From contig DBIX01000048.1 in assembly GCA_002297005.1 (NCBI GenBank), positions 23,793 to 87,792 on the forward strand: a stretch of DNA of 64,000 nt, in the 5' to 3' direction. Under the pieces are notes generated by a model. That model saw only the letters and a program-made list of their open reading frames with translations, made no database searches and was not told the origin of the DNA. This DNA comes from Cyanobacteria bacterium UBA791. GTDB lineage: Bacteria; Cyanobacteriota; Vampirovibrionia; Gastranaerophilales; Gastranaerophilaceae. Positions 28,256-40,839 of this stretch are shown piece by piece. Within the stretch, counting starts at the first letter, position 1. The number at the start of each line of letters is the position of its first letter. The position numbers were made by a program, and so were the translations under genes.

Positions 28256-29203
28256 CTAAATAACTTGTAAAATTATGCCTGAAACTAACGCTACAACAAA
28301 TAAAATACCTACGACTTTTAAAGAATCTTTTATATTATCATTATGTTTAAATAAAACTAACAAACCTAATCCAGCATTTGTTGACAAACCAGCTATCAAA
28401 GAACCAAAACCAATTACATTTTTCAAATAAAGCATGACTATCAAAACTGACGTTGCACAATTTGGAATTAAACCAATAATTGATGCCAAAAATACTTGTA
28501 CAAATTGATTTGTATCAAAAATTAGATTTACAGTATCGTTTGCATAAGTCAAAGCAGTACTTAAAAGGCAATTAATTACTAAAATAAATAGAAAAATATT
28601 GAAAGTATGTTTTAGAGGGTGAATGAACAATTTTGTAACAGTAGAGTGAATTTCTGAATGACAACAACCCTCTTCATGCATTTCTATTTCTTCAATTTCT
28701 TCGACTTCATCCTTTGTTGTTTTTATCTCAGGTTTAAATATCAAATCAACCGCATAACCAACAACAAGCCCTAAAACAACTTTTGTACAAATTACAGGAA
28801 CAATTGTTGAAATATTATTTGGTTCTGCAAGCAAAATCGGAATAGCCTCATCACTTGTTGCAATATAAACAGCCAATAATGTACCTAGTGAAATAAATTT
28901 TTTAATATATAAAACAGTTGCTATAATTGAAAATCCACATTGAGGAATTGAAGCTAAACAACTACCAATTAATGGACCATAAAATCTTGAACCCAAAGAA
29001 AGATTTTCAATTTTTTCAGAAAAATAGTTTTCAAAAATTTCAATAAATACAAAGATTACAAATAAAAATGGGATAAGGTTAATGCTTTCAGCAATAGCCT
29101 CTTCCAAAAATTCTGGTACGTTAAAGATATGCACAAATTTTAGAATAAAATTCATACACAATTCATTAAAAGTATTCATATTATTTAAAAATTGGATAAT
29201 CAT
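28256..29203 (-). CDS. Polytopic membrane protein, putative metal-ion transporter (ArsP_2/10-TM-like)
   Basis: It has about 8-10 TM segments, a central EEGCCHSEIH metal-binding-like loop, and IPQCGFS / IPNCATS pseudo-repeat motifs. The family assignment is from memory and unverified. Confidence 0.45.
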   Translation of the reverse strand: MIIQFLNNMNTFNELCMNFILKFVHIFNVPEFLEEAIAESINLIPFLFVIFVFIEIFENYFSEKIENLSLGSRFYGPLIGSCLASIPQCGFSIIATVLYIKKFISLGTLLAVYIATSDEAIPILLAEPNNISTIVPVICTKVVLGLVVGYAVDLIFKPEIKTTKDEVEEIEEIEMHEEGCCHSEIHSTVTKLFIHPLKHTFNIFLFILVINCLLSTALTYANDTVNLIFDTNQFVQVFLASIIGLIPNCATSVLIVMLYLKNVIGFGSLIAGLSTNAGLGLLVLFKHNDNIKDSLKVVGILFVVALVSGIILQVI

Positions 29204-29239
29204 AACAGAAGTATTTTACCACGAAAAACAAATGTAAAA

Positions 29240-30382
29240 TTACAATTTTTCGTTCACGAATAAGCCTGAAGTTAAGTCAATTTTTACATCTTGAAGAAGT
29301 TTTAAATATGATTTTTCACTTTTTGTTGTTTTTATTCTTTTGAACTTGAAGATTTTGTTTCCAAGTCCAATTTTATCATTCACAACCAATACAGCTGGAA
29401 AAGCTGCAGTTTGTTTAAATGGAGTTGAAATTTTTGTTGATTCAACTCTCAATTCGCCATTTCTTCTTAAGAATTTTCTTTTTTGAACATCTTTAACTTG
29501 TAATTCCACTTTTGATCCAGCTTTTATCAACAAGTATCTTTCCTTAGTCACCAAATTCCAAGGTACTACTGCTTTTTGAATATCATCAACTTGCGATTTT
29601 TGAGAATCGGCTTTTGTTGTCATTTGGACTGGAATTTCTGTCTGTACAGGAATAATTGCGTAATCACCTTTTACGTAAGCTTGTTTTAATCTTGAACCGA
29701 TAGTTTTTTTCTTAGCTCCATAATGTTCAATTTTTTTGTTATACATATTATATTCTTGAGCTGAAATATTATATGCCATTATAGCTAATTCTGCTCTTGT
29801 AAGAGGTTTTGTAGCATTAATTTTAACGTCATTACCAACAACAGGTAATAAACCCATAACATCTGCTTTTGCGAATTCTATCAAATCTTCATTCTTCAAA
29901 GTGCCTCTATCTTTATATTTTCCAAGGATATTTTTTGCTTGGTCAATAGTAATAATTTTATCGCTTAAATAATTCACAATAGGGAAAATTGCGTATTTTC
30001 TAATGATTGTTCCATTTGGATAAATATATTTTGAATTATCTGCAAGTGGAAGAAAATCATAATATAAAGCTATTTGCATTGCATCATAATAAGGATTTTC
30101 TTGTGGCAAGTCATAAAATTCTACACCTTGCTCAACCATTTTTTTATCAAGTCCTAAAGCTTTTACAACAGTTTCTGAATATTCACATCTTTTAACAGGT
30201 TGATTTGGTTTAAAAGTTCCATCAACATAACCAATCATAATACCTTTTTGATACAATTCTGTTAAAGCATCATAATATGGAGCGTCTTTTCTAACATCTG
30301 TATAAATACTGCCACTAATTTTTTCTGCAAAAACAGGAGTTGCAAAAATTAATAAACACAAAATTATTAAAATCTTCTTCAT
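29240..30382 (-). CDS. SLH-domain-containing secreted protein
   Basis: It has a signal peptide followed by an S-layer-homology motif (YTDVRKDAPYYDALTELYQKGIMIGYVDGTFKPNQPVKRCE). Confidence 0.7.
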   Translation of the reverse strand: MKKILIILCLLIFATPVFAEKISGSIYTDVRKDAPYYDALTELYQKGIMIGYVDGTFKPNQPVKRCEYSETVVKALGLDKKMVEQGVEFYDLPQENPYYDAMQIALYYDFLPLADNSKYIYPNGTIIRKYAIFPIVNYLSDKIITIDQAKNILGKYKDRGTLKNEDLIEFAKADVMGLLPVVGNDVKINATKPLTRAELAIMAYNISAQEYNMYNKKIEHYGAKKKTIGSRLKQAYVKGDYAIIPVQTEIPVQMTTKADSQKSQVDDIQKAVVPWNLVTKERYLLIKAGSKVELQVKDVQKRKFLRRNGELRVESTKISTPFKQTAAFPAVLVVNDKIGLGNKIFKFKRIKTTKSEKSYLKLLQDVKIDLTSGLFVNEKL

Positions 30383-30786
30383 TTTTTATTTTTTCCTTTT
30401 TTCAAATAGTCTTCAAATTTCTTTTCTTCAACCTTGTAACCACAACCCTCGTGCAATTTCATAGGTCTATAAATTCTTTTTACTGGGTATCTTCTGCACA
30501 TTTTTAATCGCTTATCATATACAGAACAAAGCCCCTCTTCAGTTACATATTTACACGCAAATATTAAATTGCCATCTTCGTCTTTACCTTTAATATAAAA
30601 TCTTCTGTAAGCTGGAAAAAGAAATTGCATGATTTTAAATTCTTTTTCTGTGTAAGTATCAATACTATACATATAATTACAACATTTTCCGCACTTTTTA
30701 CACTCGCCAGTAATTTCGTAACTTATTTTTTCTGTTACGAAATACGATTTTAATTCATTTATCATTGTTTCTAAAAAATCGAACAT
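30379..30786 (-). CDS. YkgJ-family cysteine-cluster (CxxCxxCC) protein
   Basis: The CKKCGKCCNY motif is present, plus C-terminal Cys residues. Confidence 0.65.
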   Translation of the reverse strand: MFDFLETMINELKSYFVTEKISYEITGECKKCGKCCNYMYSIDTYTEKEFKIMQFLFPAYRRFYIKGKDEDGNLIFACKYVTEEGLCSVYDKRLKMCRRYPVKRIYRPMKLHEGCGYKVEEKKFEDYLKKGKNKK

Positions 30787-30863
30787 GTTTTTTTTAATAT
30801 TTGTGCTTTAATAATAATATAATGATATATTATAATTCACAATGGAGCAAATTATAAAGAAAT

Positions 30864-33014
30864 ATGAGCGATAAATATCAATTCCAAGTTCCTGAAAGGA
30901 TAAGAAAAGTGAAACCTAAACGTAATTACACAAATGTAGGTTATTTTTGTGTGTTTGTGATGGCAGTAATTTTAGCAGCGTTTGTTGCTTTCAAATTATA
31001 TTTACTTTCATTACCACCTATACACAACTTAGAAGATTTTAAACCAAACATCATTACTAAAATATATTCTGATGATGGGGAAATAATTAAAACATTTACA
31101 GCTTATACCTTTAAAAAGGTTGAACTTGAAGAAATTCCAGATACATTAATCCAAGCAATTATTGCAACAGAAGATAAAAACTTTTATCATCACGCAGGTT
31201 ACGACTTGTTTGGTCTTGCTCGTTCAATCGTAGCTAACGTTATGGCTGGTAGAGTAGTTCAAGGTGCAAGTACAATTACACAACAACTTTCACGTATTTT
31301 ATTCTTGAACAACGAAAGAACATTTAACAGAAAAATCAAAGAATTTGTTATCGCTGCTCGTATTGAAAAATCAATCAGCAAAGACCAAATTCTAGAAATG
31401 TATTTGAATAATGTATACTTAGGCTCTGGTGCTTATGGTGTTGAGGGTGCAGCTCAAATTTACTTTAACAAATCTGTTAAACAACTTACATTACCAGAAA
31501 TGGCTTTAATTGCTGGTTTACCTCAAGCACCTAGCGTTTATTCACCTTTTAATAATATAAAGAAGGCTGAAAAACGTAGAAACCAAGTATTAAAAAGAAT
31601 GTACAAAATGCGTTTCATTACTAAGGAAGAATACTTAAGTGCTAAAAAAGCAGAAATAAAATTAAATCACATGCCAAATGTTTATACTTACAACAAAGCT
31701 CCTTATTTCTGCGATTATGTAATGAGAGAATTGGAAAAATTAGGCTTTGACGAAGAAGACATTTCACAAGGTGGTTATAAAATTACAACAACACTTGATT
31801 ACAATACACAACTTGCAGCAAATGATGCTCTTATAAACAATATGAACGCTTATGGTTTAAGAGCTGATAAAAACCAAGCTGCAGTCTTTGTATACAACCA
31901 TGTCAATGGTAAAATTCTAGCTTATGCTGGTGGTAAAGATTATTCTAAATCTCAATACGATAGAATTACTCAAGCAGTAAGACCACCAGGATCAGCCTTC
32001 AAACCTTTTGTTTACGCAGCAGCATTAGAAAAAGGTATTACTCCAAACGACATCGTTGAAGATATGCCAGTAAAAATTGGAAACTGGTCACCTAAAAACT
32101 ATGGTAACAAATACAGAGGAAACATTCCTGTATACACAGCTTTAATGGTATCTTCAAACGTATGTGCCGCAAGAATGATAGAATATACAGGTATTAGACC
32201 AGTTATTCAACTTGTACGTATGTTAGGTATCACAACACCTATCGAATACGACTACACAATTGCACTTGGTTCAAACGGTGTTAAACTATTTGAATTTACA
32301 AGAGCTTATGGTGCTTTTGCTAATGGTGGATACAAGGTTGAACCTTACGCAGTAGAAAGAATTGAAGATTCAAAAGGTAAAGTAATATACGAAGCTCCAA
32401 CACCAAAACCTGTAAAAGTTATGAATTTAAGTACAGCTAGTCAAATGACTTCAATGCTTAAAACAGTAGTTTCAAATGGTACTGGTAGAGCAGCAAACAT
32501 CGGTAAACCAGCAGCGGGTAAAACAGGTACAACAGATGATTCTAAAGATGCTTGCTTTATGGGTTACACACCTAACGTTGTTGCTGGTGTTTGGGTTGGT
32601 AATGATGACAACTCAAGAAATGGTAACATTCAAGGTGGTACAATTCCTGCTTTGATATGGAGAGATGTTATGAGAGTCGCTACTCAACCTTACGGTAATG
32701 TAGATTTCCAATATACATCTTACGATTTAACTCCATTTAAAGCTGGTAGCAAGGCTATAAAAATTATTTCACCTGACGCTGTACAAAAAGCTTTTGATAA
32801 AAAGGAAAAAGAATTGAAAAACAAGGGTGATGAAAACGTAGATGAAACTCCTGCAGAAGCTTCTTTACCTAAAACTTTATCAAAACCTGTAAAGAAAGAA
32901 ACTAGAAGACCATCAGCAACTCCTACTCCTATTCCTCAACCTGAAAAAGCTCCAGAGCAGGTAATAGAAGAAGCTAGCAAACTTGCACCTATTCCGATGG
33001 CTTCACCATTTTAA
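30864..33014 (+). CDS. Class A penicillin-binding protein (transglycosylase/transpeptidase, PBP1A-type)
   Basis: GT51 motifs are present (EDKNFYHHAGYD, GASTITQQL, RKIKE). Transpeptidase motifs are SAFKP (SxxK), SSN and KTGTT. The C-terminal tail is Pro-rich. Confidence 0.92.
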   Translation: MSDKYQFQVPERIRKVKPKRNYTNVGYFCVFVMAVILAAFVAFKLYLLSLPPIHNLEDFKPNIITKIYSDDGEIIKTFTAYTFKKVELEEIPDTLIQAIIATEDKNFYHHAGYDLFGLARSIVANVMAGRVVQGASTITQQLSRILFLNNERTFNRKIKEFVIAARIEKSISKDQILEMYLNNVYLGSGAYGVEGAAQIYFNKSVKQLTLPEMALIAGLPQAPSVYSPFNNIKKAEKRRNQVLKRMYKMRFITKEEYLSAKKAEIKLNHMPNVYTYNKAPYFCDYVMRELEKLGFDEEDISQGGYKITTTLDYNTQLAANDALINNMNAYGLRADKNQAAVFVYNHVNGKILAYAGGKDYSKSQYDRITQAVRPPGSAFKPFVYAAALEKGITPNDIVEDMPVKIGNWSPKNYGNKYRGNIPVYTALMVSSNVCAARMIEYTGIRPVIQLVRMLGITTPIEYDYTIALGSNGVKLFEFTRAYGAFANGGYKVEPYAVERIEDSKGKVIYEAPTPKPVKVMNLSTASQMTSMLKTVVSNGTGRAANIGKPAAGKTGTTDDSKDACFMGYTPNVVAGVWVGNDDNSRNGNIQGGTIPALIWRDVMRVATQPYGNVDFQYTSYDLTPFKAGSKAIKIISPDAVQKAFDKKEKELKNKGDENVDETPAEASLPKTLSKPVKKETRRPSATPTPIPQPEKAPEQVIEEASKLAPIPMASPF

Positions 33015-33046
33015 GAAAAAATAATTTAGAATAGACATATAAGGAA

Positions 33047-34552
33047 ATGAAAATGACAGAAGAAAAACAAAAACATGAACCAATTTCGGCAAAAGATACA
33101 ATTCGCCAATTAAGACTTCAAAAGCTTGCAGAATTTGCAGAAAGAGGAATTAACCCATATCCATATTCTTTCGCAAAAAATGCTAAAGCAGCTGAACTTC
33201 AAGAGAAATATAAAGATTTACCAGCTGATACTGAAACAGAAGATGTATATTCAGTTGCAGGTCGTGTAATGGCTATTAGAAATACTGGTATGTTTATTGA
33301 CTTAATGGATGATTCAGGAAAAATCCAAATTTTTTCACACAAACAAAATCTTCCAGAAGACCAAATTAAACTTTTAAAAATGCTTGATATTGGTGATATG
33401 GTTGGATTTACAGGTAAAATTAGAAGAACTCCTAGAGGAGAACTTTCTATCAAATCAACTGATATTAAACTTTTAGCAAAAGCATTATTACCATTACCTG
33501 AAAAATTCCATGGCTTAACTGACGTTGAAACTCGTTATCGTCAAAGATACGTTGATATGATTGTTAACGACGAAGTTAGAGATACTTTCAGAAAAAGAAG
33601 TTTAATTATTCAAAAAATTAGAGAATTTTTAAATAATCAAGATTTCTTAGAAGTTGAAACACCAATGCTTCATCCACAAGCAAGCGGTGCTAACGCAAGA
33701 CCTTTCGTAACTCACCATAACACTCTTGATATGGATATGACTTTGAGAATTGCACCAGAATTATACTTGAAACGTTTAATGGTTGGTGGCTTGAGCGAAA
33801 AGATTTACGAAATCAATAGAAGTTTCAGAAACGAGGGTATTGATATTAGACACAACCCAGAATTTACTATGATTGAGTTATACCAAGCTTATGTTGATTA
33901 CAATGAAATGATGGTATTACTAGAAAACATGGTAAGTTATGTTGCTAAAGAAGTTTTAGGTACAACTAAAATTCAATATGGCGAACACGAAATCGATTTA
34001 ACTCCACCATGGGATAGAAAAACTATGTTAGGAGCTATCAAAGAGTATACAGGTATTGATTTCAGCGATTGCTTTACAGTAGAAGATGCAAAAGAAAGAG
34101 CTAAATCAATTGGTATTCACGCAGACGAAGCTGATAACTGGGGTAAAGTTATTGATGCAGTATTCGAAGAAAAAGTTGAACCACACTTAATTCAACCAGT
34201 TCACATCATTGACTACCCAAGAGATATATCACCTCTTGCAAAAGTTCATAGAGATAATGACAGATTAACAGAACGTTTTGAAACTCGTGTTAATGGTTGG
34301 GAAATTGCAAATGCATTCTCTGAATTAACAGACCCAATCGACCAAAGATACAGATTTGAAGCCCAAGCTTTAGCAAAAGCAAATGGTGATGAAGAGGCAT
34401 GTGATATTGATGAAGATTACATTACAGCTCTTGAATACGGCTTACCACCATGCGGTGGCTTAGGTATGGGTATAGATAGACTTGTTATGTTATTAACAAA
34501 TTCTCCATCAATTCGTGATGTTATCGCATTCCCTACAATGAGAAAAAATTAG
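33047..34552 (+). CDS. lysS: Lysine--tRNA ligase (class II)
   Basis: It has an OB-fold N-terminal domain and class II motifs (FRNEGID..HNPEFT, GGLGMGIDRLVM). Confidence 0.95.
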   Translation: MKMTEEKQKHEPISAKDTIRQLRLQKLAEFAERGINPYPYSFAKNAKAAELQEKYKDLPADTETEDVYSVAGRVMAIRNTGMFIDLMDDSGKIQIFSHKQNLPEDQIKLLKMLDIGDMVGFTGKIRRTPRGELSIKSTDIKLLAKALLPLPEKFHGLTDVETRYRQRYVDMIVNDEVRDTFRKRSLIIQKIREFLNNQDFLEVETPMLHPQASGANARPFVTHHNTLDMDMTLRIAPELYLKRLMVGGLSEKIYEINRSFRNEGIDIRHNPEFTMIELYQAYVDYNEMMVLLENMVSYVAKEVLGTTKIQYGEHEIDLTPPWDRKTMLGAIKEYTGIDFSDCFTVEDAKERAKSIGIHADEADNWGKVIDAVFEEKVEPHLIQPVHIIDYPRDISPLAKVHRDNDRLTERFETRVNGWEIANAFSELTDPIDQRYRFEAQALAKANGDEEACDIDEDYITALEYGLPPCGGLGMGIDRLVMLLTNSPSIRDVIAFPTMRKN

Positions 34553-34576
34553 AAAATAAATTGAATAAAACAAAAA

Positions 34577-34605
34577 GCGAATGGTTAAAACCATTCGCTT
34601 TTTGT
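34577..34605 (+). terminator. Rho-independent terminator after lysS
   Basis: gcgaatgg-ttaaaa-ccattcgc hairpin followed by a T-run. Confidence 0.75.
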
Positions 34606-34654
34606 TTTTGTTAGACAAGTATGCCTATATTTGAAGAGATATAGAATATAAACA

Positions 34655-34690
34655 AAGAGGCGAGGTTGAAAATCAACCTCGCCTCTTTTA
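34655..34690 (-). terminator. Rho-independent terminator after dnaK
   Basis: A 14-bp stem agaggcgaggttga / tcaacctcgcctct lies just downstream of the dnaK stop. Confidence 0.75.
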
Positions 34691-34709
34691 TATTAAAGAA
34701 CCTTCTAAA

Positions 34710-36575
<1,866 letters not shown>

Positions 36576-36645
36576 TCAGAACGCCTTTCTCTATTTCTAT
36601 GTTATACTACTTTCTTTTTATAATTTTAATTTACCACTATTTTTT

Positions 36646-36684
36646 ATGAATTATTAAAAAATAAACAAAAAATTAATAATTCAT
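36646..36684. promoter_or_regulatory. Perfect 12-bp inverted repeat in the dnaK/coaD divergent promoter region
   Basis: atgaattattaa (36646-36657) and ttaataattcat (36673-36684) are separated by 15 nt. A TATAAT box follows at 36693-36698. Confidence 0.3.
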
Positions 36685-36723
36685 TTTTCGTGTATAATAT
36701 TCATGAAATCGGAGAGAAAAATT

Positions 36724-37203
36724 ATGAAAATTGCTATATACCCAGGAAGCTTTGACCCAATAACAAACGGACACTTAGACGTTTTAAAAACTGCAGCAGC
36801 TATTTTTGATAAGGTTATTATTGCAGTTGCCTATAATGCAGAAAAAAAGGGTGGATTTTTATCTGTTGAAGATAGAGTTCAGCTAATTAAAGATGCCGTA
36901 AAAGATTTTCAAAATGTTGAAGTCGATAGTTTCCACGGCTTAACGGTTGATTACGCCCAAGAAAAAGGTGCAAAAATTCTTATTCGTGGTTTAAGAGCCG
37001 TTTCTGATTTCGAATTTGAAATGCAACTTTCTCAAACAAATAGTGCTCTTGATAAAGAAGTTAAAACAATTTTCTTAACTACAAGACCAAAATACAACTT
37101 CATTTCTTCAAGTTCTGTAAGAGAAATTGTCGAACTAAAAGGGGACGTAAGCAAGTTCGTACCTGAAAATGTAGACAAATTTTTAAAAGCCAAATTTCTT
37201 TGA
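36724..37203 (+). CDS. coaD: Phosphopantetheine adenylyltransferase
   Basis: MKIAIYPGSFDPITNGHLD is the canonical CoaD N-terminus. A GGAGAG Shine-Dalgarno sits 7 nt upstream. The track ORF start at 36703 is probably too early. Confidence 0.92.
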   Translation: MKIAIYPGSFDPITNGHLDVLKTAAAIFDKVIIAVAYNAEKKGGFLSVEDRVQLIKDAVKDFQNVEVDSFHGLTVDYAQEKGAKILIRGLRAVSDFEFEMQLSQTNSALDKEVKTIFLTTRPKYNFISSSSVREIVELKGDVSKFVPENVDKFLKAKFL

Positions 37204-37279
37204 TTACATTTGACTTTTAACTTTTTAATTGTAAAATAATTAGTAAAAATACACTAGAAAAAAGCAAGGAAATATATAT

Positions 37280-37906
37280 ATGAGCATGCAATCTTATGAT
37301 CAATTACTAAAACCGGTTTATGACCTTTTGAAAAGACTAGAACTTTGTTTAGAAAAAGGTTTTCCAATTTTACCAAACTACTTAGTAGCAGTAAAAGTTA
37401 AAGATATTGAACCATTAATTGATACAATTTACGCAACTCTTCCACAAGAAATTCAAGAGGCAAGAGCTTTATTAAGACGTAGAGAAGAATTGCAAATGGA
37501 AGCTCAACAAAAAGCTGAAAAAATTATTGTAGATGCTCAAAATGAAGCAAGCAGATTATTAAGCGAATCAGATATTCTAAAAGCAGTTCAAAACGAAGCT
37601 GAAAAAATTAAAGAACAAGTTATAACTGAATGTGAAGAAATTAAACGCAGAGCATTAGAAGATGCTGAAAATGTAAGACTTCAAGCTGCAGACGATGCTA
37701 TGAGAACTCGTGAAGGTGCTAACGTTTATGTTGAAAGAGTTTTCTCATATCTTGAAAACATTTTCTCAGAACAACTTCAAACAGTTAAAAACGGTCAAGT
37801 TTATATGGACAAATTAAAATCAGATGTTGATAGCAATTTCGACCCATTGAAAAATAACTATCCAGCATCTTCTGCTGATTTATCAAGCAATTTTAAAATT
37901 GACTAA
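37280..37906 (+). CDS. Hypothetical coiled-coil protein (ATP-synthase b/H-subunit-like heptads)
   Basis: It has a long charged helical region (EELQMEAQQKAEKIIVDAQNEASRLL...). I cannot securely recognise a family. Confidence 0.5.
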   Translation: MSMQSYDQLLKPVYDLLKRLELCLEKGFPILPNYLVAVKVKDIEPLIDTIYATLPQEIQEARALLRRREELQMEAQQKAEKIIVDAQNEASRLLSESDILKAVQNEAEKIKEQVITECEEIKRRALEDAENVRLQAADDAMRTREGANVYVERVFSYLENIFSEQLQTVKNGQVYMDKLKSDVDSNFDPLKNNYPASSADLSSNFKID

Positions 37907-37908
37907 TT

Positions 37909-38271
37909 TTAAATATTATCCTCAAATTTAACGGCAACTTTACCTGCCTCAGGATTCATAATTTCGATTACGATTTTATTAGAACCCTCTTTTAAGCATG
38001 AAGTATCAGCAATTTTTATTGTGCCTTTTTGTGCCAATCTAAATTTTAAAGGATTTTCTTCAGAAACCTCTGTTCCCTTAATTTCTTTGCCATCAGTAAT
38101 GAAAATTACATCGTCTTCTGAATACTTTTTATCATTGATTTGTACATAATTAAAACCACTTATAAACCCTGGTCCTAAAATATTTTTTAGTTCAAAAGTC
38201 ACGCTATCACCATTGTTTTTAAGTGTGCCTTTTTGATAAATTTTTCTCAACAAGAACTCAGGTACAATCAC
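37909..38271 (-). CDS. Hypothetical small protein (120 aa)
   Basis: Clean ORF 12 nt downstream of the GH35 gene on the same strand. Its composition looks beta-rich. Confidence 0.5.
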   Translation of the reverse strand: MIVPEFLLRKIYQKGTLKNNGDSVTFELKNILGPGFISGFNYVQINDKKYSEDDVIFITDGKEIKGTEVSEENPLKFRLAQKGTIKIADTSCLKEGSNKIVIEIMNPEAGKVAVKFEDNI

Positions 38272-38283
38272 GGGTAAACTCCT

Positions 38284-40695
38284 TTAAAATAATTGAAATC
38301 TTTTTACATCTCCTACTTCTAGTATAACATTTTTCATCTCGTTTTTAAAGTCCCATGTACCATGGATATTTCTGCCTTTTTGCCATACAACAATATCTAT
38401 TGTGTTATGCTCTTTCAAAAATGCATTTATTAAATAAAATTTGTCCTGAACATTTGCTCTTTTAATATATCTACCTATTTTTACACCATTTAAAAAGATT
38501 GTTGCACGACGATATGGAAAATCTTTTAGGTACAAATATTTAGAAAAAACTTCATCCTCTCTAAAAGTTACATCAAAACTAGCTGAAATCTTTGCTAGAT
38601 AAGGAGCATCAGATTCTCTAAAATCTCCTCTTTCTATAGAAAGTTTTTCGTTGACATAAAATTCAATATCACATTTAGGTAATGTTTCAAATGTAACTAA
38701 TCCTCGTGGATGATTTGTTTCGCCAGAAAATCCTTTGTCAAAACCAAGATTTTCTACCAAAATTGTTAATTCGTTTTCTTCTTTATTCAAAACCTTTTTA
38801 TCCAAATGTATTTGAATAGTTTCTGGTATTTGTTGAAGTTTTTCAATTTTATAACTGTTTCTGCTCAAAATCTCTTTTCCGTTTATATAAACAGCAAAAA
38901 GATGTCTCGCACTTAAAGTTATTTCTTCTATATTTTTAGGAATTTTTCCTTTGTAAAAAGTAAATTCATCCGATAAATCACAGGATAGGGAATCAAGTTT
39001 ATCACCTTTTATTTTTCTCCAAGAAGAATAATCATAATCCGTATCTATTTCAGGTGCACAGAAAGATACTTCAAGGTTTTTCAAAGTCTTTTTATGGTCT
39101 GTTTGTGGACGAGTTTTAAAATACTTTTTAGAAAATCCATGTTTTAAATCATAATACGCAATTTCAGCACTATGTTCCAAAGCAACCGTATCATCTTTTG
39201 CAACGTAATCTGCATTAAAAATTGCACGTTTATCTGTAATCCAAGTTTTTCTTGTAGCTTCACGAGTCAAGAATACAAAACGTGTTGATTTTCCATCCTT
39301 TTCAAATTTAAAAGTATCAAAATCCTTTTTGTTTCCAGAAATTTTATCGCCATTCGATAAATACATAGAGGCATTTTCATCAGCAATTAAAAATATCGTT
39401 TCTTTTTCATCATTTTTTAATCTTGCAAAAACTTCTATGTCTGAAAACTCGATTTCACACGCATAAAGTTTCAAGTTTATTGGACAAATTTTCATATCGT
39501 AAGGATTTATTCTTGCAGAGAATTTGTCAAAAAGTTTTATAGTTTTAGCTTCAGGATTTAAATTGCGTAAGAATAGCCATTTGCAGTCATTTTCATTATC
39601 TTTTCTTACTTTTGTATAAATACCTTCTTCATTTATCTCCAAATCTTCGTCAGATTCAGTATTTGTCAAACCAAAGGATTTAAGAAAATAATTTATTTCT
39701 TTAGCTTTAAAATAATTATCCTCTAAAACACCGTATTCATCAATTGGTGCGGTAAAATCATAGCTTGTATAAACTTCATCACAAGCAATATTACCCCAAG
39801 AAGTTCCACCACAACACATGTAATGATTAAATATCGTTACACCTTGAGAAATAGCCGTTTTGGTAACTAAATTTATGTGTTGGTCAGAAAGCTCTTTTCT
39901 AATATGTTCGTATCCTGAGCCATCCCATTTATCAAACCAGCCAGATTGCATTTCTGCAATAAAAGCTGGAGCATTTTCTTTACATTCAAAAACACCTTCA
40001 AGATTATCCATTGTATCAAAACAGAAATTATCCTTACGCCAATCTTGATTAGGATTGATGTATAAATATGTATCACAAGCATAAATATCTACTACATCTG
40101 CCCACAAACCCCATGGAGCAGCATCATTATGATAAATTGGACATTTTATACCACGTTCACGTGCCATATCATAAAGCTTACGCATATAAGTGTCGTCCAT
40201 TTCATCATTTGCGTATTCATTTTCTATTTGGAAAAGAATTACGTTATCAAACTTGTTTATTATAGGAATAATATGGTCATACCATTCTGTTATATATTCC
40301 ATATATTTTTCGCTGTAATGATATTCCGTACCAATTCTGTTACGAGGAATAACGTCTTTATCCTTTAATAACCATAATGGGAAACCACCAGCACTAACCT
40401 CGCTATTAATAAAAGGTCCTGGGCGAGAAATTACATATAACCCAACTTCTCTTGCAGCCTCAAGAACTTTTTCAATATCTTTTAAACCTGTAAAATCGTA
40501 TTCTCCTTGTTTTCCGCTATGATATTTCCACCAAAAATATATTTCAACGGTATTATATCCACCAGCTTTCATTTTCATAAAACGGTCTTTTGCAAGTTCA
40601 TAGCTTGGAGTTCTAAAATAGTGAAACGCACCACTTCTGATAAATTCTCTCTTTCCGTCAATAATCAAGGAATGTTTATCAAAAGTTACGTTCAT
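38284..40695 (-). CDS. Beta-galactosidase, glycoside hydrolase family 35
   Basis: The N-terminal TIM-barrel pattern is present: FHYFR, GYNTVEIYFWW..H....GEYDFTG, GLYVISRPGPFINSEV..GGFPLWL, and IENEY as the acid/base region. Confidence 0.85.
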   Translation of the reverse strand: MNVTFDKHSLIIDGKREFIRSGAFHYFRTPSYELAKDRFMKMKAGGYNTVEIYFWWKYHSGKQGEYDFTGLKDIEKVLEAAREVGLYVISRPGPFINSEVSAGGFPLWLLKDKDVIPRNRIGTEYHYSEKYMEYITEWYDHIIPIINKFDNVILFQIENEYANDEMDDTYMRKLYDMARERGIKCPIYHNDAAPWGLWADVVDIYACDTYLYINPNQDWRKDNFCFDTMDNLEGVFECKENAPAFIAEMQSGWFDKWDGSGYEHIRKELSDQHINLVTKTAISQGVTIFNHYMCCGGTSWGNIACDEVYTSYDFTAPIDEYGVLEDNYFKAKEINYFLKSFGLTNTESDEDLEINEEGIYTKVRKDNENDCKWLFLRNLNPEAKTIKLFDKFSARINPYDMKICPINLKLYACEIEFSDIEVFARLKNDEKETIFLIADENASMYLSNGDKISGNKKDFDTFKFEKDGKSTRFVFLTREATRKTWITDKRAIFNADYVAKDDTVALEHSAEIAYYDLKHGFSKKYFKTRPQTDHKKTLKNLEVSFCAPEIDTDYDYSSWRKIKGDKLDSLSCDLSDEFTFYKGKIPKNIEEITLSARHLFAVYINGKEILSRNSYKIEKLQQIPETIQIHLDKKVLNKEENELTILVENLGFDKGFSGETNHPRGLVTFETLPKCDIEFYVNEKLSIERGDFRESDAPYLAKISASFDVTFREDEVFSKYLYLKDFPYRRATIFLNGVKIGRYIKRANVQDKFYLINAFLKEHNTIDIVVWQKGRNIHGTWDFKNEMKNVILEVGDVKRFQLF

Positions 40696-40839
40696 GCGAT
40701 GCTCCTAAAATTTTAGTTATTATTTTGAAGTTTAATTTAAATTTTAGACTTTAACAACCTCTATATTGATGAGGAAAAATAGAATTTGTTTTTATTAAAA
40801 AGTATTCACTATATACTATGTTTGAAGTAAAATTATCTT